This document shows, piece by piece, positions 15,127 through 28,739 of a stretch of DNA of 64,000 nt. Positions within the stretch are counted from its first letter, which is position 1; every line of letters begins with the position of its first letter. The stretch comes from Phoronis australis (lineage: Eukaryota; Animalia; Phoronida): assembly GCA_002633005.1 (NCBI GenBank), contig NMRA01000374.1, forward strand, positions 62,001 through 126,000. The letters are read 5' to 3'. The notes beneath the pieces are model-generated. The model saw nothing but the letters and a program-made list of their open reading frames with translations, was not told the DNA's origin and did no database searches. Made by a program: the position numbers and the translations under genes.

Positions 15127-15410
15127 CTTTCCGTGGTAGCGTGTTATACGCAGACGACGACTTTGACGGAAGCATCGTTACCACGGTAAAAATCTTGAGC
15201 GTTATCCACCAACCCACTAGCAAACACTTAGAAGAAGGCAAGACGGTTGCTCTCTGGTCAAATGGACCCTGCGTGTGTCCTGAGCTCAAGACGTCTAAGA
15301 AAAAGACGTATCTCATTATCGGTTACGAAGACACAGTGAACAAGCGACTTATCTTTAACGAAGAATGCATAGCTGTCAAGTGGAAGGATAGGTGGGCGTC
15401 TTTGATCAAG
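15127..15410 (+). CDS. FRZB: sFRP3/4 (FRZB)-like NTR/C345C domain exon
   Basis: tttcag|...|gtaaag. TVALWSNGPCVCPEL...YLIIGYED...RLIFNEECIAVKWKDRW closely parallels FRZB TVNLYTSSGCLCPPL...[29 protein letters not shown]. Confidence 0.88.
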
Positions 15411-16073
15411 GTAAAGTACTTTTTAAAACCACCTATTATATCCTCAACGAACAGTCCAAAGGAAGGTAATATAATTTGACTTCGCCAAAGTTTTTCCGAG
15501 TATAGGCTATGATTTTGGCCGTTAGGTAGGCATATTTTTATGAAATCCATTATCTTAAGATGCCAAAAAGATGTGGTGTAAAAAATCTTTTTCGGGTTAT
15601 AAAGGTAAGAAACGTGTAACGCGGAGAATCGTGAGAATTGAAGAGAGAAATAGCATTGCTTCGCAATTGAGTTGACGGAACATCGTCTCGAAAACTTCGA
15701 TGACATTTACATCCAATTCTGATATCAAAAGTGGGGTTAATATAGTGAATCTTATAAATTCACTATATTAGCGTCCATTATGGGGAAACCGTGCTTTATT
15801 CCGTTAGGGTCATGCTCTGAATGTACGCTTTGAAAGGGACCCTGATATGTGCGTGTCCGTACTTATAAGTTGTAACGAGATAACCTACCAATCCCCTTTA
15901 TATGCTCTGAACTGGTGAAAACGGAAGAAAGGGCATCTTAGCTGTTTGAGATTTGCTTAACTTGCAATTGACCAATGGCGTGATACGCTTCGAACGCATT
16001 GTCAAATTTCACGCGATTTGATTGGTCAATATTCCAGTCCTGGTTTATTTAGAACTTGTCATTCTTTGAATAG

Positions 16074-16207
16074 AAATGGGAAGGGCGAATGAAGCGCTCC
16101 AGCGGCAAAGGCAAGAAGCACTTACCGAAAGACACATCGGACCCCACGAGGACGAAATCGCCTAAGAAGAAGCCAAAGAAAAAGGGTAAAAAGGGAAAAA
16201 AGCGAAG
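16074..16207 (+). CDS. FRZB: sFRP3/4-like, end of NTR plus Lys-rich tail (KWEGRMKR...KKGKKGKKR)
   Basis: ttgaatag|aaatgg, phase 0, in frame with the previous exon; donor |gttaga, phase 2. KW aligns with FRZB RW. Confidence 0.75.
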
Positions 16208-16358
16208 GTTAGATTTTCGTGCTGCGTTCTAGCTAAACTAAATTCCCTGAACAGTCGTTATCCGAGCATTTTATTACCTTTGAATTACATATTAATTTGT
16301 TTATTTGTATTAAATTTCAGTTATTCTTTTCACGCAAAACAGTATTTTACATAATTAA

Positions 16359-18057
16359 AGGAGAATGCCACCCAAAAACAACCTATTTTGTATCAATTTA
16401 GATAGAATAGTTCTACTCGGTAACTGCACGTTCGGTTGCGTAACCTGACACCTGGCGGCAGACGGAGGTGTTGAAATTATCCAATGACGTCATTGGTTTC
16501 ACGCGAAGTCAGCAGTTCACAATACGGGTTACTGCAGGTGTCAGTTTATCGCTTGAATTCATCGTTTAACACCAATATATCATCAAACTTCGATGTTAAA
16601 CCCTTAAAAATACACCGAGATCTTATAAAAACGTGTTGTTTTATTTCGCTGTTTGAGGATTTATTGGTATTTGGACACACCGTAGCCTATAAAGTTCGGA
16701 AGGCCAATTTACCTAGGTCCGTAGCAGGAGTTTGGGGTCTGCTAGGAGATAAATTTGAAGTATTCTTCCGTGAACTACAGACAGGAGAACCTAGATCTGT
16801 GTTGCTTAGACTTGTGATTTTTTTACCTCTAACACACAAAACGCTAGTTATCCCCGCCACTGGCTTGGAACCCGATCAGGCCCGTCGCGACTGGACTGAC
16901 TCGTTATCCCGGCCAGTGGCTCGGAACCCGATCAGGCTGGTCGCGACCGCCGGGACTGGCACGAACATAAACCAGCTTGAGTTGGAAACTAAACCTCCGG
17001 TCACGAAAAGACTATAAGAGTGAGCCTAAGAAATAATGTGAATTAGCCACGAAACGGAAAATCTACTTACTTGTCGGGGACCGCGAACCCGGGTTTCCCT
17101 TCCACAGACCGTCAGGGCAAAAGTTGTACAGTAACATTGATTTGAATAATGTATTTGTATTTCTGAATAAAGATTCTCCGAACACGTGACCAATAGCATA
17201 TAAAATCGAGTAATTGTTTCACTACAGCTTTCTGTCAGCAAACACTTAATTAGCATGCGCTCCCACGACCTCGGTGCCCGGTCAATTACCTTTGTTGCCG
17301 GCATCAAAAGCCGGTAATGCAGTGGTTTATTCATTGCTGGCTTCTCAACATTTGCACTCACAAATACTGCAAAGGCATTTCAAATTGTATCTAATGAGAC
17401 AGACTTTGTTTCAGTTTTATATAAGCATTGGTTAGGATGAGAATAATTCATTTTGAAACAGAACGCAGAATAATAAACGTCTACATGGCAACTCGACTGG
17501 CGCCAATCCGGCTTATTCAAGAGCTCATCCGACGAAGACTTCACGGGTCAGATCGTTAGGTTTCACAGGCTATCAGTTCGAAACGGAATACATTGATCAA
17601 GAAATACTAGAGAGGCGCCGTGAACATGCGCAGGTAACGGAACGTATGGTATAGTTCTTTGGAAAGCCAGCATTCGTCAGAGAAGTCACTGTCGACGATT
17701 GCCGGCCACAGACACAGAGATGTTTCACGGCCTCATACTTGCAATTAACAGCGTACGGCTTTCATTCTTCACTACCGCGAGCCACTTCCTAAGCATTTCG
17801 GGCTCTCGAGGAAGTCGAAAAACGATATACCCGCGTTCTTCGCAGCTTCATATTTCGGACAAGCGGGAACGATGCACCGCAATACAGCGGCATTTACTCT
17901 GCAGACGAACCACTGACGTCGCTGCGTCGTTTCTCACCTTCCTCATAGGTTAACGCGACACCTCTCGGCAAGGTGAGGTCGACCGTGTAAGAGGCGATGT
18001 GGATATGGATCGATTAAGACGGTAAAAAAGACTAATTAAATCGGCTGGCATTCTCCT
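16359..18057. mobile_element. Non-autonomous Kolobok-type DNA transposon in the last sFRP3/4 intron
   Basis: TIRs aggagaatgcca / tggcattctcct flanked by TTAA at 16355-16358 and 18058-18061. A degenerate GYQFETEY..E...R remnant (~17568-17625) resembles the P2X7-tail-like accessory gene of Kolobok. Confidence 0.8.
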
Positions 18058-18172
18058 TTAAGTCCTGTAACTGTATTGAATTAGTAGCCTGTGTGTTGTT
18101 GCATACAAGTGCGTACTAATTTATATCAATGATGACTTCATGCAAACGCATTTTGATTTTGATTTGTTGTAG

Positions 18173-18224
18173 CAAGAACAGAAAGGGACGAAAGCATCAA
18201 AAGACGACGCCTTCGCCAAAGTAA
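18173..18224 (+). CDS. FRZB: sFRP3/4-like terminal coding exon (SKNRKGRKHQKTTPSPK*)
   Basis: Acceptor tttgttgtag|, phase 2, in frame; TAA at 18222-18224. An AT-rich UTR follows, with AATAAA near 19616 and 19678. Confidence 0.65.
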
Positions 18225-20039
18225 ACAACGAACCAATGAGATGTAAAGCCGATTGACGTTTCATTTAAAACTTTTTCTCTAAGGACAAAGATCAGTAGCA
18301 TTGAGAATGTAATTAGGCGTGTGTGTTGTCACGTGTTTAACCATCCTGCCCTCAACATGCAATACATATGACGTTTCGGCGTTCAAGTTAGTGGGCATTA
18401 TACGCGTGCGATGTGAGGTCCGTATTTGCTGTTATGTGAAGTCCCTTCGTGGTTGTATATCTTCACTGTGCGAAAGGGTTCTCGGTACTGGGTTGCATTT
18501 AACTTGTCCAATCCACTGTTCCACTGTTAATACACGAATGCACGGCTTCGTCCACCATCTTAAATATGTAATTAGGTAGAGTGAACAAACCAATTCACGT
18601 GCGTTTCCCTTTGAAGGCAGAGTAAGGGCTATTAAAATTTATATTTTTGAAGGAAAACAAAAATATTGCCAAAAGATTGCAGTTATGCAATTATCAAAGT
18701 ATTCAGCAGTATCGTTTTCCGTAGTTCACCACCGCGCGAGTGCGCTTGCGCTTGCTCAGCTCGAAACCGTGGACTCGTGTGTATCCTGTAGTTTTTCTAC
18801 GAGCATGGCGATTACTGTACGGTATATCAGTCAACAGGTTGATGAAGGTGCGAGGTATTAATTGAGTTTGATATGTTTTAACAAAGCAATTGCAACCCTC
18901 GAAAGGTTTCTACTCACCTACAGTGTATGTGTTAGTGGCGTAGTATTCTGATTACTTTGATATGAACACGAAGTTCCCGAAGATACTTTTGTTGAAATTC
19001 GTTTATTGTGAAGGCTGTGGACATTTTAATGGCAGTGGCTACTTGCATGGAACGGTTCAAATAGAGACTCAAAGGTGTTGTTGAACATCCCGTCATATTT
19101 GTGGATTTGTGCAAATGCTTATTGAATTTCTAATGCGATTTTGTCCTCATAACTAAATCACTTTTAACTTTGATACACAGACAGTAAACTTCAGGTTGAA
19201 TTCTCAGTATCATAGCATATAAATGGAGGTCTTTTTATGAAACGTTCCTAATTTAAGGACTTATATTTTTTTCAGTATAACAAGAGGTAAATTTTCGGAT
19301 ATATTCATTGGAAAAGGAACATGAGTAAAAAGATGTGTTCATGCTCAAGTAAGAGTGGTAGAAAACATATCATTTGTGAGTAAATACAGACACAAATGCG
19401 CAAAAGATTTAGAGGAACTAACTGAGTCACCATTGAGGTCTGTTCCATGCAACAAGGCATTGGGCGTGTACTAATAATTTGTTTTGACCTCACCTATAGT
19501 AGGTCAATCCAAAATTGTTTTCTACGATGCAAAAACTAAATGTTTTTTATTTCTATATTTTACTTTGGTTACGGTTTGTATTATTTCATCCATATTTTGC
19601 AGTTGCCATTGCACAAATAAAGAATTTACGATATCAATCTATTGCACGGTCTAATAACAAAGATATATTTATGAAGCAATAAACCCACGTTCGGTCGAAG
19701 TGACTAAATTTTGATTTAAACCACTGACCAAAACAAATTAAATTGTTCTTAATTCAGATGAGAAGTTATTTTTGATTTTGCACACACTGCCTCCTGGTTA
19801 TTCCTCGAGATCATGCTCGGGACATAAAACGACACACGTGACTAGTCAAATTGTAGAGCCTGCTCTCAAGCATACATGAACTCATTTCTCAACCTAAGAA
19901 ATCCCACCTTTTTGAATTAGTGGGGCTAATTTCATAACGGTATATGGTCTAAATCAAGTATTGAAACAAAAGGCGGGTTTAGTTGTCATACTTGAACATT
20001 TCCGGGTCTACTGACTGATGGTGTCTGAAGAAATTTTGG

Positions 20040-21266
20040 CGTCGTGGCTCAAAATACTAAACACGACTGCACCGAACACCGTATGCTATGGGTGTTTATC
20101 ATATGAATGGCCACTAGGTGGCACAGGATATGTCAAACCCGTTCGAAAATGGGAAGGCATCGACGTCTCCTTAATACATATTATTTCCCTAAATTCATCA
20201 AGAAAAGAACTCCGAAGATACAGAGGGCAAGCATAAAAAGTAAAGTTGCCGCTGGGAGGCACAGCGATAGTGAGATCCACCCGAAAGAAGTCGTCATCCG
20301 TTGTCACGTTCGTAGGTACGAAAGCACTTGCCAAGTTTCGTAAAGATCTTCATGTATCAAGGGGTAGGAGATATAGCCGTGGATGAAAAAATATTGCCAC
20401 TAGGGGATCCACAATACTCGGATCTGTTCGAAAGTCAACGTGAGACATGGCCTTCTCGCTGAATAGGAAGACAGATCTGCCAATCCTAATAATGCTAGAT
20501 TGAGGTGTTTGACAGAGAGATGTGGACGCCAAAAATACACGCGAAAGTAATAAAGACGACCACTACGTGACGCTCAATACATCGAATCTTCCGAAAATGT
20601 GAAGAGGTTGTCGTCTCCTAGGTAAAAAAACCTATTTGCCACATCCATGAAAATCTGCCGAGGAGCTGTACACATGGAAATTGCCACAAGGGGGCACTGC
20701 AGTATTCCGGTCCATTCAAAATTCGACAACCTCACAGTTGCCAAATTTAAGAAAGGTTCTGCCAGGGGTTAAGAAGAAAAGGTCACGTACGCAAACAAAA
20801 TTGCCGCTAGCGGACGGCACAGTAATCGAACTCGTTCGAAAATCAAATGTCAGCCGTTATTTTTTTGAGCAAGAACACGTCTGTCAGCGTTCATAATGAT
20901 GCATCGAGAGGTTTAGCTGAGAGAGGCGGACGTCAAAAACATATTTGTTAATAAAAACGGACACTGGGTAGCGCAGAATACGTCAATTATCCTTCCGAAA
21001 ACGGATTAATAGAAACCCATTTGCCAAATTTCACGAAAATACGTCGAAGATCAAAAGTCAATAAATATTAAAATTTCCACTTGGGTATACAGCGGTATTC
21101 TGTCTGAAAGTCACCCTCATCTATTGTCATATCCTGATGGGAAGACATTTGTCAACTTCCACGAAGTTCTCCCAAAAGGGGTCTGGAGACATAGCAGCAG
21201 CGGATGCCGGAAAGAGATGACGGCAACATGCAAAAAAAGAATATAACATATATGGGCGCACAAAAA
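20040..21266 (-). mobile_element. Helentron-associated (HINE/DINE-1-like) element, decayed
   Basis: Repeated gccactag(g/t)ggcac core units. The end tttttgtgcgcccatatat (minus strand) matches the subterminal motif of the copy at 54236-54845. The left boundary is approximate. Confidence 0.55.
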
Positions 21267-21571
21267 CTGAACGTTCAATATGCGTGTCACAAACAAGACA
21301 CAATTAGGCTAAGTTCATTATCATATAAAGAGTGACGTGTTCCACGGTAATCATGCAAGAAACTCGTGTATCCAGTTTAAGAGTCTGGCACATGTTAGAG
21401 GTTGGAATATGTGGTGAACTCTACAGACAGTGGTCGATGACAACTTGAGAATACTACACTTAAAAAAAACGTTGTTAGTCAAACGCAAACATGGCTAGAA
21501 TGTATAAACAGATACACGAATGGTCGCATTACCCGCATTTATTCGACAACAGGAAATTGTTTCAAATGTAA

Positions 21572-21759
21572 TTATCTGAAGATTTCATTGTTCAGTCGAA
21601 CGAGCTGCTGTATGAAACCCGGGTTTGGAACGATGGGTCGCTTCTTCCTCACTATGTTAATAGCATCCAGCAAAGGAATTCCCTTATGCATGATCAGATA
21701 GGCGAGTACGATAGTACCAGATCTGCTTATGCCGTGCATGCAATGGACGAGAACTTTAC
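21572..21759 (-). CDS. DUSP3: Atypical dual-specificity phosphatase, DUSP3/VHR-like paralog A, exon 3 (catalytic)
   Basis: Acceptor cactcag|. KVLVHCMHGISRSGTIVLAYL...RPIVPNPGFIQQL contains HCxxGxSR and the AYLM/PNxGF motifs. The symbol denotes the family, not verified orthology. Confidence 0.9.
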
Positions 21760-22269
21760 CTGAGTGACAACAAGCAATGTTTAGGTCACCCGTTTCAATA
21801 GATGTGCAGTCGTGCATGCATATAAATATACGAGAATGAGCATTAATTAGGAACGCCAACTTTTCTACGACCCGTTTGCTTGCGAAAGTGTGGCTTTTCC
21901 GGTTTAATTCCCTGCGAAAATGTTCTACTTTGAAATGTTGGAACTCTAGAAAGGTGTTCAGGCGCCAACTATTGAGTGGCCTCTATTTTGCAAGTGTAAG
22001 CTAGCAGTGATTCGAGCAGTACTCGTGAAGCATTCGCCTTTCACTCCCGTCATTTTGCGAAACTTGCGTAATGAACGCGCCTTCGGGTTGTGTTCAAAAC
22101 GGCTTTTTTAAGAGTCTGATAAATCCCACAAGTCTTTGCAAAATATCGGTGAACATTACAAGCACTTACTCATCGCGAGCATCGGATCAGGAATATTTCA
22201 ATTTACCTTCCCAACATAGAACAAAAACTGGTCTAATGCTTTTCGCGCAAGGAATTATGTATTACCCAC

Positions 22270-22496
22270 CGTTGCTCGACAATGCCGAGTCAATGAAAGC
22301 GGAGCACTGTGCAAAATGTGGCCTGAGATCGAAGTACTGCATGTCCACAATATCTGCACCCATATACTGAATATTTGACAAGCGGTAATAGGACGGCGAC
22401 AAGTCGGCGTCGGCGAAGTGGTGACTTCCTTGGGACACATTCAAAACATGAGTGATTCCATCGCGCCGCAGGAAGTCCATTCTTCTGGCGTATGGT
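22270..22496 (-). CDS. DUSP3: DUSP3-like paralog A, exon 2
   Basis: caaccag|...|gtgggt; 227 nt. LRRDGITHVLNV...IVDMQYFDLRPHF includes the general-acid Asp loop. The three exons total 627 nt = 208 aa + stop. Confidence 0.88.
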
Positions 22497-23474
22497 CTGG
22501 TTGATGAAAAGGAAATCCTGTATCATCCTATTATCCATTTACTCATTTTCTATCTAATTACCTAATTAACTGTATGTTAAAGCTGAAGTTCGATCACTTA
22601 AGCTTGTGGATATTAGAACAATCAAACTAGGTCTTTTACTCTCAAAAATCTATTTCATAATTTTCCTAACCCTGATAGGAATCTGTTTATGTTACCAACA
22701 AAAGCAGCGAATCAATTAAAAAAGTCGATACGGTTGGACAACCCTAAACTTGCGAATTTGAAAATGGCACGTGTACGCATTCTGTAAATGAAGCTCTCCT
22801 GGCAAAACATTCACATCGGGTTAGAATTCACCACTGATCGACAGCTAAATGCATCTTTAACAGGCCCGTAGCCAGCACTGAGCGGCCACTGGTTCGAATT
22901 TCTTGGTCGCTGGACCTTTGATATTTTGCAAACGTCGACACTGAAGAGTTTTCAGTAAGGCCCTTGACGCAGCTTAATTAGAGGGAAGGGAAATCTGTAT
23001 ACACGACGATGACTCAGCTCTACGTTTCTGAGATGAGACAGAATATGTAGTACCAGAAATGAGGATGCTGCGGCGGTTGTTCGCAAAGAACGGGACACAA
23101 ATTCTATGCAAAATTACATGCTCGGACGGACATATGAAGTTTAGTCTTGACGAAATTATTTATCTTGTGTTTTTGCGCGTTACTGGAGTTTCTTACATCG
23201 CTGGAAATGGGAACAGCCAACTATTTCGAACAACTGAGGTTTAGTTGGTAACGTATATGCGTGTGAAGAATTCCATGCCATTCTAAATGAGTTAAGTTTT
23301 TGCACGTCCTGGAATAACAAAAACACAAAAATACGCACCGTCACTTTTTAGCAGACTCTCCAAGTCTAATCTTGTTCTGCAAACTGCGTGCCCTTTGTGA
23401 CGGTGCAAGCCTAGTTTGATTTCATTGATTTCTAACAATAAATAGTCTCCATCAACCAATTTGACAACTCTCAC

Positions 23475-23686
23475 CCTGAGCCGATAACAATTCCAGGAAA
23501 CACTTCGTTATGGTCGTCACTTGGATACATGGCGTTGCTGCTCTGTCTCAGCGCATGCACAGCCTCGTCGTAACAACACTTGCTTCCAGAACTGTACACC
23601 GCAGGCCCACCAGCCACTGTCCACGACCTGTTCACGTGGTGACCGGAATCCACCGATAAATAGGGATTTCCATTGTTTGCCCCCAT
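23475..23686 (-). CDS. DUSP3: DUSP3-like paralog A, exon 1
   Basis: ATG at 23686; ...PSDDHNEVFPGIVIG; donor |gtgaga, phase 2. Confidence 0.8.
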
Positions 23687-25570
23687 CTTAAGGAGGCGAT
23701 AAAATCACTCTTGTTTCGTAAATGTGATTTGGTGGTACTCATTGTGGCAGTGGTATTGCATGGCATCGCAGATGACAGTCACGATATTCACATCACATCC
23801 GCGGAAAACTTAGCGATTACGGAAACCAACTTGTGGCCTGTTCATGCAAATACTTTTTATGGATTTTCCCGGAATCCTAAAAACACATCGCACGAACTAA
23901 AAAAGGCGGGATTAGCTACGTTGATCAGAGTAAAATTACGCAGAAAACTCCGGGAAATCTGCAAATACTCGCATGACAAGAACGGGCCTTTTGCAACTTA
24001 ACTTCCCGCCAAAAAGATCTGGGTTGACATTCGACAGACATTTGGACATGTTTCCACATATTTTAATAACCATTTGTTTCCATTGAATTGGCCACTCCAC
24101 CATTTAACCTTTCATGACACGACGAAATCTGAGGTCATGATTCAGGGTTTATGAAATAACGAAGGCTATAACTTGTAGAGGAAGTATCTGCGCAGTCCGT
24201 TGGCTTTATATTCAGGACTAACCGGTACCGGCAATGACAGAGACAATACAATGCGATTTAGCTCCATTTCTGAAGTGTCGTTTTCAGCCAAATTAGGGTC
24301 TTGTCAAGGAAGACCCCTAATGTTTTTGGGGCTCCAAAATGTGGTAAAGAAGTCTTCAAGATCACGACTATTCTTCTTTTTGGAACCAGATTTTGCGTAT
24401 AGCAAGTATGCTAACGTTTAGTTTTGTGAAATCGCAAAAGGATGAGTGACGCCAGCCCCTCATCTCCAGCCCAGATAATTTTAAAGTCTCTATTTTGCAT
24501 AATAATTGTCCAGTTCTCGCTCAAAATCGTCCTCATCCTCTGATCTGCTGTGTTCTGCCAGTGCATTTGATTGTCAAGTGACCAAACGTCTACACGCCAT
24601 TTTGCGGCAAACTTGGAAATAACTGAAGATTTTTCTTCAAAATTAAAAAATTACAATTTGGCATAAAAAGTCCTTATTTAGTTCTTGAAATACTCGTTTC
24701 TGAAGTTACGTGTTCGGTCATAGCTTAGCCGAATATAGGTCTTAAGATAAACAAACTGCATAAAGTCTTAAGGCACCTCACGAAACTGCCTCTCGTTCAG
24801 TAACGCTAGGACCTCGCTAAGAGCAGGACCAAGCGAGCTTACGTGAATTATCGTCGTGTATTTTAAATGAGAACACGTGATTTTGGCTAGAATTTTTTAG
24901 CCGCGAGACATCAACTGAATTCTACCCAGGTACCCTTTACACAAGTGGTAAACATATGAATGGTAATGAAATGTTTTAACCTGAATTTCTGGAATAAAGA
25001 GTGAAAGAGCATTCGGATTATGGTCTCTTATCTTGCACCGGGGCTGCTGTGAATTTGTGTGACTTTAAAAGGCAAAAATGGCCAAAATTGCACCTCTTTG
25101 GTTATCTTTGTCATCTCAATTTTTCCTGGTGGTTGTAGCAAGGTAAAACGACACGGCTTTTGTTGAATTTCTTGAGAAACCCCATATAGTGTACTTTCTG
25201 TCAGTTATGCCGGTTTTCATGTGTCTAATACAGGGCAAACATTGGATTTTCACTGACCCAGGCCAGTGGTAGGTCAAATTCAGCCACAAGAACTGTGGTC
25301 TTAGTCCACACCTACTCACAAATCGGAAGCAAAATTGTATACTTGAAGAGAGTGGCGACTCCTCTGGGAAACCCAACAGAAAATATCAGAGTTGTGTATC
25401 TGGTGTTTTGATCTTCAGTGATGCAACCGGCTTTTGATAACACAGATTATACAACTAAAAGGAAAATATAATAGTTGATGAGTTCGTTGAACAAAAAATT
25501 GGCCGCCTTTACCTATCCACGTGATCTATGATCGTGCTTCCTATTTGCAGGTTTGTCCTTCAATTTTTAA

Positions 25571-26100
25571 GGTAGTCCGTACTTTCTACAAATATTTGAA
25601 GGCAGATGGACATTTCGACAAATAGCAGTGAGTTTAAATCGACTGCTGTGAAAAAAGCTGTCTTCCCACAATCCCTTGCACATAGTTACGACGTTTATTT
25701 CCATCTGAAAGTCAGTGCTTTCTATGATAATATCAAATGTTGATTAGTCGTTTTTCTTTAGTTGGTCCTTCCTATTTGACGGATTGTCACATAACAAAGG
25801 ATTGTGGGAAGCCGGACGTCCATAGCCGAGTGGTAACAATCACTGAAAACGGAAAAAAGGGGCGCACACATCTCCAGACAACAGGTGTCCTGGTTGAAGG
25901 ACATTACACAAATCGTAAACCGGTCAATGTTAATTCATAACCAAGCTTGGAAATTCGCTGGGTCTGCTGCTTCCAAGTGACTTGAAACCTTGGAGACGGA
26001 TGGGAAACGAGAGCGAAGTTTGATCAAACGACGTTCAGGCTGTCGCAAAGTCAGACTAAGGCGAATCTCTGGCGTCGTGTAGTGTGAATACGGACTACGA
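25571..26100. mobile_element. Kolobok-type MITE
   Basis: TIRs ggtagtccgta / tacggactacga with TTAA on both sides (25567-25570 and 26101-26104). Confidence 0.7.
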
Positions 26101-27849
26101 TTAACTAAGTAAAATGTTTTTCACTATCATAAAAAACAAAGCTTCGTGTTCCCGTCCACGTGCTAATACGGCAGTCTTTGCTACTACTGGGAGCACGACG
26201 CCTGATAAAACGTTTCCCACGGAGCTGCATGTGCAATAAAACAACGAAGATTTATTTGTAAATATAATTTATCAAATGAATAACAAGCAAACAAATAAGA
26301 GGAACAGTAATACTTTTCAGGAGATTTTAAACATCCGGTTACTAATACAATAACGTAACACACTGTAGCATGGGACACAAGGCAAGGCGAACTTCAATGA
26401 TGAAAATAAAAAAGCTATATTCATCAAAATTAAAAAACAGTGTTTCAGCATGTCAATTGTTTCCGATTCCAATGGAATATTGTAAATGCATTTTAAAAAA
26501 ACTATCGAGGCCTGTGCCTTCCGCCCCTTTGTTCGTCGCAAATGTGTAATAAGACTAACATCTTTTAACTACAGCACAACCATTTCCGAAAATTGCAATC
26601 TTCACAAAGCAATAAGCGAACAAGGTTCGACATTAACGATTGCCCGGCAGCGCGGAGCAAATACATTTCAAAATCAGGCAAGTGGAGCCAGGGAAGTAGT
26701 TGCCCGGCCGAGCAAGGGACCAGAAAATCTAAACATTCAGAAAACTGCTACTACTTGCCCTAACTCTGCAGTGAAACGGCGTAAACCTTCGAGGTTGTCC
26801 GTAGGTGACTGAATCTGGTCACGAGAGTTTGGCCTGCGTTGTTAAAAATCGAAAGGGATACTACACGTGTTTTGCCACTGAAGATACCAACAAATAAACA
26901 ATAAGTTCATTAAATTAGCATTTATTTACATTTTTTAATGTGGGCCAACTGTCTGATTTTAATAAGTTGAATTCTACGAAGAATAACTAGATAACATTGC
27001 AAACTATAACATTTCTGCAAATACTTTTCAAACTGAAAAACCCAGTGCATTTAGTTTAAATCTGTAGCAACTTCTTCACATAATTTTAAAGCTGACATTA
27101 TCATATTGTATTGTTTTAAAGTTCTTAGGTGTGTGATACATTTTACCTTCTGCAAGTTTAGAAAGTAAAAATATGACCTCAGGTTACTTTTATTTGCTGC
27201 AAAATTATTTCACCGGTGTGACAGACGTACGTGACGGACGTACAAATTTGCTGTACGTCTGTCACACAATTTTTGACTAAACGAATAATCTCTGGGATCT
27301 AAAATTTTGGTCGATAGCATTGAGTAACAAGTTAAAACAGAATCTGAAATTATTTTAATTTTGGTTGAAAACTTTTAACGTAACGAAACTTTTTAAAACT
27401 TTTCTGTGACAGATAAAGGGCACCGTGGTATCCAGAAGTTGACCTTTGACCCCAAGAGATCGATGATGTGCCAAAGTTGAAATGTTATTTTTTATAAAGT
27501 TTGGGGTTCATGTGATTGCACAAATTTGATAGTATAGTTAGCTTTTTATGACAATAATTATAAACACACATGAAAATCGAGCCAATTTGTTAGGGTCAAA
27601 TGACCCCCAAAAATGGGTCCATTTAGGCAAAAAACATCGGCTTAATGAACTCTTCGTCTCTTTCAACACAGACAATAACACAATCTTTATTCGTTAACAC
27701 AGAGAAATCGCACTCGTCTACTCCCAAAATATGCATTTGCATTTCTACCCGCAGGACGGAGAAACATCGTTGGGATGGTTTTCTTTTATTCAAATGTGAC
27801 AAGGTGGTTAGAATGAAAAAGAATCCATGCACCGACCATGATCACATGG

Positions 27850-28082
27850 CAATAGAATGTTTTGTTGTGGCCAGGTTCTCAATTCCTTTCCAACACAGCG
27901 TGAACATTGTACTGAACAAAGTAACAGGAAAAGCCGTCATCAGCCATTGTAAATGCAAGAACGGTGCAGGAGGTACATGTGATCATGTGGCCGCTCGACT
28001 CTACAAACTTCTTGATCTGGAGGACAGTGATTCCTCCAATCTGCCTGAAGACCTTGCCTGCACCTGGAAGCCCAGGGCATAG
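27850..28082 (+). pseudogene. Transposon accessory-gene remnant with SWIM zinc finger
   Basis: SHCKCKNGAGGTCDHVAARLY...LACTWKP (CxCxxG..xCxH followed by a CT..P motif), typical of SWIM-YqaJ genes of DNA transposons; truncated by a stop. Confidence 0.65.
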
Positions 28083-28739
28083 GGAACATCTAGTGCTAAC
28101 AAACAGTTCAAGGTATCAGGAAAATTTAGTAACTTGGTATTTGTAAACCACCACCCAGGAAAGGACTCTTTTTAATAGGGTTATTCGGCAAGAACTCAAG
28201 CGCCGAAACTACAATTCCGTGGGCGAAACGCAAGTTGAAAAAAGAAGGTTGAGCGAGCTGGCTGCTTCATAGCTGGAGAAGAGTAGGAAGATATTCTGGG
28301 CAAACACCATCACTCCACCCTCATGTGTAAATTCAAGTAAGATATGAATCTAAGACTCTCCTAACTGCACAAAACAACTGACATTGAGCTATTTACATTA
28401 AGCAGAAATTATACTCAGTTAATGGTGAGACTGTCTTTAAGAAATTAAGCCCTTTCTTCTGATAGCATTTACGGTGTCCTGCTCCAGCGTTTCCCAACAA
28501 ATGTGCTGTTAAAGCAAAAAAATCTTCCCAAAAAGCCGGGAAGAAGCAGAAGCACAGGACGCCTGCGGTACTGTGTACCAAAGTCTCAGGACAAAGTAAA
28601 CCTAACAGCTGAGGAGAACAACTGGAAGTACCAGTAGAACCTGCATGAGCATGACCCGTGATACTGATGGTGCTGTGAAGGAATCTTGCTTCCTCGTAAA
28701 AGCTGGGACTGTCCACAAATTGTGATGTTGATCCAGAAA

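Noticed and set aside
15127-15410. Netrin, TIMP or complement C3 assignment of the NTR exon
   Set aside because: The GYED...RL...KWKDR motif and the preceding CKCK...Y.Y exon match sFRP3/4 better; no laminin-EGF exons are seen upstream.
16484-17017. 177-aa ORF in the sFRP3/4 intron
   Set aside because: It lies inside the Kolobok-type element, has no recognisable motif and includes internal repeats.
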